From positions 1 through 37,477 of the forward strand of contig JAFDYH010000021.1 of assembly GCA_018267535.1 (NCBI GenBank): a stretch of DNA of 37,477 nt, in the 5' to 3' direction. Of this stretch, positions 25,671-33,303 are shown piece after piece. Source of the stretch: Bacteroidota bacterium (lineage in GTDB: Bacteria; Bacteroidota; Bacteroidia; Chitinophagales; Chitinophagaceae). The stretch's first letter is position 1, and the number at the start of each line of letters is the position of its first letter. A program made the position numbers and the translations under genes. The notes below the pieces were generated by a model that searched no databases, was not told the DNA's origin, and saw only the letters and a list, made by a program, of their open reading frames with translations.

Positions 25671-26849
25671 TTAAGCTTTTGTTGTGTCACTCACTTGTAC
25701 GTCCTGTTCGCTTGTCAACTGCGAAATTTCCTCTTTCAGCGCTTCGATGAAATCTTCCGCATCTCTTCTCTTTAGCGCCAGTGAGGGCAATAAACGGATG
25801 ACATTCGGTTTCGCTTCGCCGGTAAACACTTTCTGGTTCAGCAATAAATTTTTCTTCAGGTCTTTTAATTCTTCCGGCACATCAAACCCGATCATCAATC
25901 CACGGCCGCGGACATTTTTAAGTTCGGGTATAGATTGCAATTCATCTCTCAGGTATTTGCCAACCATCACTGCATTGCCCATCAGTTTTTCGGCTTCGAT
26001 TGTTTCTAGTACAGCTAACGCTGCGGCACAAGCGAGATGGTTGCCGCCAAATGTAGTACCCAGGATGAAATGTTTTGGCTTTATATGCGGTGCAACGATA
26101 ATGCCAGCTACAGGAAAACCATTGCCCATTCCTTTTGCCATGGTATATATATCTGCATTCACCCCGGCAAAATCATGACTGAAAAACTTTCCGCTTCTGC
26201 CAAAACCACATTGTACACTATCAGCGATATAAACGGCGCCATATTTATCACAAAGCCTGCGTATAGCTTTCAGGAAACCTTCTTCTGCTACATTAATACC
26301 ACCTACGCCTTGTATGCCTTCAATAATTACAGAAGAAATTTTTTTACCATTTTGTTCAAAGCATTCTTCCAGTGCTTCTTCGTCATTGAAGGGAAGAAAA
26401 ATCACATTATCACTTTCATTTACCGGCGCTACATAATTCTTATTATCGGTAGCTGCCACCGCCAATGAAGTGCGGCCATGAAATGATTTGCTGAAAGCGA
26501 TAATTTTTTTGCGCCCATTATGAAAGGAGGCCAGCTTCAATGCATTTTCATTGGCTTCAGCGCCGCTATTGCAAAGGAATAACTGGTACTCTTCTTTGCC
26601 GGAAACTTTACCGAGCTTTTTTGCCAGCTCCTGTTGCAAAGGAATTTTTATAGAGTTAGAGTAAAAAGCAATTTTTTCCAACTGCTCTTCAATTCGTTTT
26701 ACCCAATGCGGATGCGTGTGCCCGATGCTGATTACAGCATGGCCTCCGTATAAGTCAAGATATTGCTCACCTTTATCGTCCCATACGTAAGAACCTTTTG
26801 CTTTTACAATAGTGATGTCGTTGATGGGATATACGTCGAATAAGTTCAT
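25671..26849 (-). CDS. argD: acetyl/succinyl-ornithine aminotransferase (class III PLP aminotransferase)
   Basis: SGAEANE, FHGRT, DSVQCGFGRSGK and the TMAKGMGNGFP lysine block are present. The gene lies within the arg operon. Confidence 0.88.
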   Translation of the reverse strand: MNLFDVYPINDITIVKAKGSYVWDDKGEQYLDLYGGHAVISIGHTHPHWVKRIEEQLEKIAFYSNSIKIPLQQELAKKLGKVSGKEEYQLFLCNSGAEANENALKLASFHNGRKKIIAFSKSFHGRTSLAVAATDNKNYVAPVNESDNVIFLPFNDEEALEECFEQNGKKISSVIIEGIQGVGGINVAEEGFLKAIRRLCDKYGAVYIADSVQCGFGRSGKFFSHDFAGVNADIYTMAKGMGNGFPVAGIIVAPHIKPKHFILGTTFGGNHLACAAALAVLETIEAEKLMGNAVMVGKYLRDELQSIPELKNVRGRGLMIGFDVPEELKDLKKNLLLNQKVFTGEAKPNVIRLLPSLALKRRDAEDFIEALKEEISQLTSEQDVQVSDTTKA

Positions 26850-26852
26850 TTC

Positions 26853-26878
26853 AAGTTATATGTTTTACGTTATAAGTT
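26853..26878. repeat. left arm of the 26-bp inverted repeat bracketing the four-helix-bundle ORF
   Basis: The reverse complement of aagttatatgttttacgttataagtt matches 27243-27268 at 24 of 26 positions, with the inner 17 bp perfect. The arm overlaps the ORF stop codon and begins 4 nt from the argD ATG. Confidence 0.85.
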
Positions 26879-27236
26879 ATACGTTGCTTCTTACTTTGTT
26901 AATTAAAGAAATCAGCATCGCTTTTATTTCATTGATGTTATCTTCAAGTTCAGTAAAATTTACTTCAGGCAGATACTTCAGATCTTTCGATAGCAATAAA
27001 AAATATTCTGCTTCATTAGCAGAACCTAAAGAAATATTCAGGAAATGCGCAAGCTCTCCCTGTGAGTTTTTACCACAACCTTCAGCAATATTTGCCGGAA
27101 CAGAAGAAGAAGCTCTTCTGAGTTGGTTTGTTAAACTGTACAATTCATCTTTTGGAAACGCTTTGGTTATTTCATACACGCTTAACGTAAATGCATGTGC
27201 TTTTGCCCAAACCTTCAAGTCTTTATAATTTTGCAT
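26877..27236 (-). CDS. four-helix-bundle protein (23S rRNA intervening-sequence protein / Avd-like family)
   Basis: MQNYKDLKVWAKAHAFTLSVYEITKAFPKDELYSLTNQLRRASSSVPANIAEGCGK...EAEY is the recognisable N-terminal and central signature of this family. The length is 119 aa. Confidence 0.8.
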   Translation of the reverse strand: MQNYKDLKVWAKAHAFTLSVYEITKAFPKDELYSLTNQLRRASSSVPANIAEGCGKNSQGELAHFLNISLGSANEAEYFLLLSKDLKYLPEVNFTELEDNINEIKAMLISLINKVRSNV

Positions 27237-27242
27237 TCTTTA

Positions 27243-27268
27243 AACTTATAACGTAAAACGTATTACTT
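27243..27268. repeat. right arm of the 26-bp inverted repeat bracketing the four-helix-bundle ORF
   Basis: aacttataacgtaaaacgtattactt starts 7 nt upstream of the ORF ATG and ends 8 nt from the argC stop codon. Confidence 0.85.
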
Positions 27269-27275
27269 AAAACTC

Positions 27276-28259
27276 TTAAAACCCGGTTGCTTTCAATTTC
27301 AAACCAGCGCATTCGTCAATACCGAATAACAAATTCATATTCTGCACGGCCTGCCCACTGGCCCCCTTTAATAAATTATCCAGGGTAGAATGAATTACTA
27401 GCTTGCTGCCAACTTTTTCCAGTTGAATTGCACATTTATTGGTATTTACTACCTGCTTCAGAAAAATTGCTTCCTGGCTAAGATGCGTAAATGGATGACC
27501 GGTATAAAATTCTTCGAACAGATCAACCAACTTCTCCAGTTTCCAGCTGCAATCAATCTGCGAGCTGATAAAAATACCCCTTGTAAAATCACCCCGCCAG
27601 GGAACAAAGTTTAAATCTATCTTACCTTTTTGTTGTAGCTGAACTAATGATTGGCCAATTTCACCCAAATGCTGGTGCGTTAAAGTTTTATATGCCTGAA
27701 TATTATTCGCCCTCCAGCTGAAATGTGATGTTTGGGATAAACTTTGTCCTGCACCGGTAGAACCGGTTATACCGGTTGTATAAATATCTTTTAATAAACC
27801 TGCTTTTGCCAAGGGCAATAAACCTAACTGAATTGAAGTGGCAAAACAACCGGGATTAGCCACATTGTCTGCACTTTTTATTTCCTCGCGGTTTAATTCA
27901 GGTAAACCGTAAACAAATTTTCTATTACCAATTTCAGAATGAGTGTTTAAACGAAAGTCATTTGCAAGGTCTATTATCTTTATTTTATCGGCAATCTTAT
28001 TTTCTGATAAAAATTTTCTTGACTCGCCATGCCCGAGGGAGAGGAACAATACATCTATACCATTGTCAAGTTCATTGGTAAATTTTATATCGGTTTCTCC
28101 CAATAAATCCTGATGAACAGAGTGTACAGGCTTGCCTGCATTACTGCGACTATGTATAAACGAAATAGAAGCATGCGGATGATTAATCAGAAGCCGGATT
28201 AACTCGCCACCGGTATACCCTGCTCCACCAATGATACCTACTTTTATACTGTTTGCCAT
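27276..28259 (-). CDS. argC: N-acetyl-gamma-glutamyl-phosphate reductase
   Basis: The N-terminal VGIIGGAGYTGGELIRLL motif and the active-site block NPGCFATS are present. The length is 327 aa. Confidence 0.92.
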   Translation of the reverse strand: MANSIKVGIIGGAGYTGGELIRLLINHPHASISFIHSRSNAGKPVHSVHQDLLGETDIKFTNELDNGIDVLFLSLGHGESRKFLSENKIADKIKIIDLANDFRLNTHSEIGNRKFVYGLPELNREEIKSADNVANPGCFATSIQLGLLPLAKAGLLKDIYTTGITGSTGAGQSLSQTSHFSWRANNIQAYKTLTHQHLGEIGQSLVQLQQKGKIDLNFVPWRGDFTRGIFISSQIDCSWKLEKLVDLFEEFYTGHPFTHLSQEAIFLKQVVNTNKCAIQLEKVGSKLVIHSTLDNLLKGASGQAVQNMNLLFGIDECAGLKLKATGF

Positions 28260-28321
28260 TTTATTGTAATTAAAAATTCAAAAGTAAAAAGTCAAGACTC
28301 CTTTATGTAATAACCTTTTTT

Positions 28322-29530
28322 TCATTTTTTACTTTCATTGTCGGCTTGCACGGAATAAAAGATCGATGTCTGGTTGCCGAAGATTTTACTAAAGCCTCTT
28401 ACATCTTCACCGGTAAAGCCTGTATTCATTTCGCCATACTTGCCAAACTTGCTGCTCATCAGGTCGTATTTACTTTCAATACCGATAATTTGAAAACGGT
28501 AAGGCTGTAAGTTTACAAACACATCGCCGTTTACATTTTCCTGCGAGCTTTCCAGGTAGGCTTCTATGTTGCGCATTACAGGATCCAGTATCTGCCCTTC
28601 ATGCAGCCAGTTGCCGTAAAACTGCGCCAGTGTATCCTTCCATTGCAATTGCCATTTGGTTAGTACATGTTTTTCCAATGCATGATGCGCTTTTAGTATT
28701 ACCATTGGTGCTGCAGCTTCAAAACCTACACGTCCCTTTATACCAATAATGGTGTCACCAACATGAATATCCCTGCCAATAGCAAATGGCCCGGCTACAG
28801 ACTGTAAATACTGAATTGCTTCTGACGGATGGTTGAATTTTTTAGCATCAACTTCTGTCAATTCCCCTTTTGAGAAAGTCAGTTTTACATTTTGACTTTT
28901 TAATTTTTCATTTAATTGTGTCGGCCAGGCTTCTTCCGGCAACATGCCTTTTGAGGAAAGCGTTTCTTTACCACCAACGCTTGTTCCCCACAATCCTTTA
29001 TTGATAGAATACATTGCTTTTGCAAAATTCATTTCAACGCCTTTGCTTTTCAGGTATTCTATTTCCTGCTCGCGGCTGAGTTTTAAATCCCGGATCGGGG
29101 TAATGATTTCGATTCCGGGAATCATGATATGAAATATCATATCAAAGCGAACCTGGTCGTTGCCGGCGCCGGTACTTCCATGAGCTACCGCATCGGCATT
29201 CAGTTTCTTAACATGCTCCGCTATATGCAATGCCTGGCTTAATCTTTCGGCACTTACACTTAAAGGATAAGTATTGTTCTTTAAAACATTTCCGTAAATA
29301 AGATATTTAATAATGCGGTCGTAATAACCTTTTACCGCATCAATAGTAGTATGTGTTTTTACGCCGAGCTTATAAGCATGGGCTTCTATTTGCTTTAATT
29401 CATCTTCCGTAAAGCCGCCTGTATTTACTATTATGCTGTGAACCTCAAAACCTCTGTCTTCACTTAGGTATTTAACACAGTAAGAAGTATCCAGGCCACC
29501 GCTGAATCCTAAAACAATTTTCTTTGCCAT
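28322..29530 (-). CDS. argG: argininosuccinate synthase
   Basis: FSGGLDTS (the ATP PPi-loop), AHGSTGAGNDQVRF and the remaining family blocks are present. The length is 402 aa. Confidence 0.92.
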   Translation of the reverse strand: MAKKIVLGFSGGLDTSYCVKYLSEDRGFEVHSIIVNTGGFTEDELKQIEAHAYKLGVKTHTTIDAVKGYYDRIIKYLIYGNVLKNNTYPLSVSAERLSQALHIAEHVKKLNADAVAHGSTGAGNDQVRFDMIFHIMIPGIEIITPIRDLKLSREQEIEYLKSKGVEMNFAKAMYSINKGLWGTSVGGKETLSSKGMLPEEAWPTQLNEKLKSQNVKLTFSKGELTEVDAKKFNHPSEAIQYLQSVAGPFAIGRDIHVGDTIIGIKGRVGFEAAAPMVILKAHHALEKHVLTKWQLQWKDTLAQFYGNWLHEGQILDPVMRNIEAYLESSQENVNGDVFVNLQPYRFQIIGIESKYDLMSSKFGKYGEMNTGFTGEDVRGFSKIFGNQTSIFYSVQADNESKK

Positions 29531-29545
29531 TCTCGGGGAGCTATT

Positions 29546-30271
29546 TTATAAATTGAAGAAATGATGAAATATTGATTTTAACCTTGGCGTTCCACTATTG
29601 GAATCATCTTTATGTTCTTTATCCTTTTTCAGGAATGGACGAAGGAATTTCCATCGTTTGAACTGGAGCAATCGTTCAAACCCTTTTTTATTTTCTTCAA
29701 AGTATTCTTTGGTTTCTTCAGGTTTGTAATGGTCTTTGGGATCGTAAAGCATCGCCGTACACATACAGTTTTTTCTTTCCTTGCTCATCAGTATCTCGTA
29801 GTTCACACAGCTTTTACAACCAGCCCAAAACGTTTCATCTTGCGTCAACTCTGAGTAAGTAACCGGCTCATAGCCCAATTCACTGTTAATCTTCATTACC
29901 GCAAGCCCGGTAGTTAATCCAAACAATTTCGCTTCGGGATATTTTTCGCGACTGAGCTCAAAGATCCTTTTCTTAATCGCTTTGGCTACGCCACCTTTCC
30001 TGAACTCCGGCGAAACAATTAATCCGGAATTGGCCACATATTCGCCGTGACTCCATGTTTCTATATAGCAGAAACCAACCCATTTGCCATCTTTGGTTAA
30101 TGCGATAACCGCCTTGCCTTCATCTATCTTCTTTTCAATATACTCAGGGCTTCGCTTTGCAATACCCGTACCTCTTGCCGCAGCAGATGACTCCATTTCA
30201 TCTGTGATTGTCTTCGCGTATATTTTATCTTCAGGCTTTGCGACTCGTATAATGATTTGCTGATTATCCAC
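29546..30271 (-). CDS. GNAT family N-acyltransferase with Cys-rich C-terminal extension (first gene of the arg operon)
   Basis: A GNAT core is present (..VSPEFRKGGVAKAIKKRIFELSRE..). The extra C-terminal region of about 90 aa contains CKSC...CMC. A GTG start at 30269-30271 is the only in-frame start after an upstream TAG. Confidence 0.7.
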   Translation of the reverse strand: MDNQQIIIRVAKPEDKIYAKTITDEMESSAAARGTGIAKRSPEYIEKKIDEGKAVIALTKDGKWVGFCYIETWSHGEYVANSGLIVSPEFRKGGVAKAIKKRIFELSREKYPEAKLFGLTTGLAVMKINSELGYEPVTYSELTQDETFWAGCKSCVNYEILMSKERKNCMCTAMLYDPKDHYKPEETKEYFEENKKGFERLLQFKRWKFLRPFLKKDKEHKDDSNSGTPRLKSIFHHFFNL

Positions 30272-30338
30272 TTTCTTCTAAAAAATTATGTATAATAAGG
30301 GCCACCAGTCCGGGAATATTGTTTCGGGGATTGCTTCA

Positions 30339-30374
30339 CTGACAGGGACCGCGGTGAAGGGTTCGTCCTGTCAG
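30339..30374 (-). promoter_or_regulatory. strong hairpin in the 5' leader of the arg operon
   Basis: ctgacagg(g)ac (30339-30349) pairs with gtcctgtcag (30365-30374), giving 10 bp with one bulge. The 15-nt loop overlaps the 8-nt palindrome accgcggt (30348-30355). The hairpin lies in an unusually GC-rich block about 70-100 nt upstream of the GNAT start. Confidence 0.35.
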
Positions 30375-30577
30375 AATACAGGGCGGCGTCGTGGACGACA
30401 AAAAGTAAACGTATCATAACCAACCGCATACACGCCACATGTATTCGATGCGTGGAATGCAATTTGCTTAGTATGTGTCAGAATGTTGTTCACCTTTAAA
30501 AGGTTTCTTAATTTGCTGCACAAATGTATATAATAATTTATACTGTTTACTAATTTTTTTGTTATTAAACTATCAAT

Positions 30578-31015
30578 ATGAACGAGCTGAACCAACCAAA
30601 ACCCAAACGTGCTTCCGGCTTTAAGCGTTTCTTCAGGGTATTTATCATTGTTCTGCTGCTTATCGGCGTCGGTTACTTTTTCGTCAAATACTATTTTGTA
30701 TTTGGCAGAGGCTCTAAGGCTGGCGAATTGAATTTTATAGTGCAGAAAGGATATATTTTTAAAACGTACGAAGGCAGGGTAATACAGACTGGCTACAAAT
30801 CAAATATACCAGGCAGCATTCAATCCAATGAATTTGAATTTTCCGTCGTGGATGAAAAGGTCGCCAATGTATTGATGGCAAATAGTGGTGCTACACTTGA
30901 GTTACATTACAAGGAGTATCTTGGGGCAGTACCCTGGAGGGGGATGAGCAGGTACATTGTTGATAGTATCATATCCATACACAAGGCCACTGATAAGCCG
31001 GCTGTTTTACCTTGA
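30578..31015 (+). CDS. hypothetical N-terminally membrane-anchored protein
   Basis: A basic N-terminus and one TM helix (FRVFIIVLLLIGVGYFFV) precede a soluble domain of about 100 aa. I recognise no catalytic motif. Codon usage looks consistent with the neighbouring genes. Confidence 0.55.
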   Translation: MNELNQPKPKRASGFKRFFRVFIIVLLLIGVGYFFVKYYFVFGRGSKAGELNFIVQKGYIFKTYEGRVIQTGYKSNIPGSIQSNEFEFSVVDEKVANVLMANSGATLELHYKEYLGAVPWRGMSRYIVDSIISIHKATDKPAVLP

Positions 31016-31750
31016 TTAAGTACCGGAGTATAATAAAAATATGGCGGGTCTTTTATGAGTATCAATTTTTTCTTTTCTCCATTCTGCAATAGTTTTTGTT
31101 TTTATCCATTCCTTTTCGCCTGTTATATTAACGGCTATACATAATTGCGTTGAAGGATTGCAGGTTTTGCTAAGGACTTCTATCAATTGATTATTCCGGT
31201 AAGGGGTTTCTATAAATATCTGCGTGCAGTTCTTCTTTTTCGATTCTGCTTCCAGGTCTTTAATCGCTTTTATACGGGCCTCTGTGTCTATCGGTAAATA
31301 ACCAACAAACTGAAACTGCTGTCCGTTCATTCCACTGGCCATTAAGGCGAGCAAAATTGAACTGGGGCCAACCAGCGGTTTTATATCAACGTTCATTTCC
31401 TGCGCAACACCCACCAATAATTGACCTGGGTCTGCAATGCCGGGGCAACCTGCTTCACTGATGATGGCGATATTTTTTCCTTCTTTTATTTTTTGGCGGA
31501 ATATTGACCGGACCTCTGGCTCAGCTTTATGTATGGTAAACCATTCGTAATTGTCAATGACGATTTCCTCGCCCGGCAAATGATATTTCCAGAGTTGTTT
31601 TAAAAATCGCCTTGCTGTTCTTTCATTCTCCGCAAAAAAAACCCGGCACTCTTTTACCGCACTTGTTATGTAAGCAGGAAGGGTATGAACGGATTGCTCG
31701 TCGATGAAACAGGGGATGAGGTATGCTTTACCCTTAGTTAAGTTTTGCAT
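31016..31750 (-). CDS. SAM-dependent methyltransferase, tetrapyrrole-methylase (RsmI-like) fold
   Basis: AIISEAGCPGIADPGQLLV and GPSSILLALMASG blocks are characteristic of the TP_methylase/RsmI superfamily. Confidence 0.75.
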   Translation of the reverse strand: MQNLTKGKAYLIPCFIDEQSVHTLPAYITSAVKECRVFFAENERTARRFLKQLWKYHLPGEEIVIDNYEWFTIHKAEPEVRSIFRQKIKEGKNIAIISEAGCPGIADPGQLLVGVAQEMNVDIKPLVGPSSILLALMASGMNGQQFQFVGYLPIDTEARIKAIKDLEAESKKKNCTQIFIETPYRNNQLIEVLSKTCNPSTQLCIAVNITGEKEWIKTKTIAEWRKEKIDTHKRPAIFLLYSGT

Positions 31751-31806
31751 TGTTAATTAAATCAGCGAATGTCAATTAGGTCATAATAGGAAAAGAGCTA
31801 ACTACA

Positions 31807-32565
31807 TTAATCTTTTCCAACTTTATACAAACTTAATGTGGCAGCTATAACAGCATATGCAGGTGCTAATACCCACCCAATGCCAATAGCCCCATGCATC
31901 AGGTAAAATACAAGTCCGTTGCCGATAGCGAGACCCCGGTGCTTACCGATAAATTCAACACTTTGAGATGATGATAGTTTTTGCCGTTCGCAACTATAAT
32001 CCATCATTGAAAACCCATAATAGTAGCATTCCACAGCAAGGGCTACCAGGGGCGTAATCCAGCCTGCAACGGGAACAAGGGAAAGCAGTAAAAGAGAAAC
32101 ACTATAAACTGTTTGCCATATCATATTCCGCAAAGAGAGCTTAGTGCCACGTACCGCGTCTTTCAATAACTGTTTAAAATCGAAAGGAAACTCCTTTCCT
32201 TCAATAATAGATTGTGTCCTTTCGCTGAGATAAGAAAAAACCGGTGAGCCTACAATCAACCAGATGTATTTAAATAAAGAAAAATAAAACAGCATTAATA
32301 CCAGCCAGAGAATAATACCTGCAAAAGCAAAGAGGAAACCCAGCAGTCCATTCTGGAATTTCTGCAACCATCCATCAAGACCGGTGGTATGGGTAAGATA
32401 TTCGATAACGGCCGTTGCCGACTTACCGAAAAAATACATGCTGACAATAAAAAGGATCGTATAAAAGATGCCCGGAATAAGGATCCATTTCCACAGTTTA
32501 TTCTTGACAATAAACCGGTGGGCTTCCGCGTAGGATTGGATGGCAATTACTATTTCCTTCAGCAA
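31807..32565 (-). CDS. EI24/CysZ-like integral membrane protein
   Basis: There are multiple TM helices. The N-terminus IAIQSYAEAHRFIVKNKLWKWILIPG resembles Bacteroidota EI24-domain proteins. Confidence 0.6.
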   Translation of the reverse strand: MLKEIVIAIQSYAEAHRFIVKNKLWKWILIPGIFYTILFIVSMYFFGKSATAVIEYLTHTTGLDGWLQKFQNGLLGFLFAFAGIILWLVLMLFYFSLFKYIWLIVGSPVFSYLSERTQSIIEGKEFPFDFKQLLKDAVRGTKLSLRNMIWQTVYSVSLLLLSLVPVAGWITPLVALAVECYYYGFSMMDYSCERQKLSSSQSVEFIGKHRGLAIGNGLVFYLMHGAIGIGWVLAPAYAVIAATLSLYKVGKD

Positions 32566-32657
32566 GGGCTAAATTTGGACAAAAGAACTAAGATTTTCTG
32601 GATTTAATAGATTTTAAACAAAAAAAGAATACCCCTGGCGGGTAGATATAAATCAAC

Positions 32658-33263
32658 ATGATAAAGAAGTTAGAACAATCTTTTTACCTGCGGCCTGATG
32701 TGCTGAAGATTGCAAAAGAGCTATTGGGTAAAATACTGGTAACAAACTGGGAAGGGATTATTACTTCGGGACGTATAGTGGAAAGCGAAGCATACAAAGG
32801 TATTATTGATAAAGCCTCCCACGCCGCAGGAGGAAGAAGGACCGCAAGAAATGAGATCATGTATGGGTTGGGTGGATTTAGCTATGTGTATCTCTGTTAT
32901 GGAATTCATCATTTGTTCAATGTAGTGACTAATCTGAAGGATGCGCCACATGCGATATTGATCAGGGCTTTGGAGCCAATTGATGGCATAGATGAAATGC
33001 TGCGGAGAACAGGAAAAAAGAAATTGGATCATACCTTAACAAGGGGGCCAGGCAATGTTTCAAAAGCATTAGGAATTTATACAAAACACAATGGCATCTT
33101 TTTATCAGAGGAGAGATTATATATCGTTGATGACGGAAATCAATATAAAAGAAACGAAATCATCGCTTCTCCCCGGATTGGAGTTGATTATGCAGGCGAA
33201 GATGCGAAACTGCCTTATCGCTTTTATGTAAAGGGCAATCCATATGTAAGCGGGAAGAAATGA
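32658..33263 (+). CDS. DNA-3-methyladenine glycosylase (Mpg/AAG family)
   Basis: LAKELLGK.L, GRIVE(S)EAY, DKASHA, YVYLCYGIHHLFNVV and GPGNVSKALGI are family blocks. The length is 201 aa. Confidence 0.88.
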   Translation: MIKKLEQSFYLRPDVLKIAKELLGKILVTNWEGIITSGRIVESEAYKGIIDKASHAAGGRRTARNEIMYGLGGFSYVYLCYGIHHLFNVVTNLKDAPHAILIRALEPIDGIDEMLRRTGKKKLDHTLTRGPGNVSKALGIYTKHNGIFLSEERLYIVDDGNQYKRNEIIASPRIGVDYAGEDAKLPYRFYVKGNPYVSGKK

Positions 33264-33303
33264 GTGAAAAATCGTAATAATGTTATCTGCCACTACTGAT
33301 TAC

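Noticed and set aside
25684-26468. Two plus-strand ORFs (164 aa and 143 aa) antisense to argD.
   Set aside because: Their translations are low-complexity and Ser/Phe-rich with no recognisable motifs. They overlap a well-supported aminotransferase gene completely, which is a typical antisense artefact.
26812-27228. A 138-aa plus-strand ORF covering the argC-argD spacer.
   Set aside because: The opposite strand encodes a clearly recognisable four-helix-bundle (IVS-protein) family member. The plus-strand translation has no family resemblance.
26877-27236. Possibility that the Avd-like four-helix-bundle gene marks a diversity-generating retroelement.
   Set aside because: There is no reverse transcriptase gene and no template/variable repeat pair anywhere in the window. 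The neighbours are intact arg biosynthesis genes.
30300-30400. GC-rich block considered as a known structured RNA (SRP/4.5S RNA, tRNA-like element, guanidine or other riboswitch).
   Set aside because: I could not match the SRP domain IV motif, a tRNA T-loop or acceptor pattern, or the ykkC-type conserved segments by eye. This needs a covariance-model scan before any such call.
30371-30595. A 74-aa minus-strand ORF treated as a real protein gene.
   Set aside because: Its ATG overlaps the start of the divergent 30578 gene. Its composition is intergenic-like (AT-rich, Asn/Ile/Leu/Lys-rich) apart from the terminal Arg cluster. I kept it only as a possible short leader frame, described in the findings.
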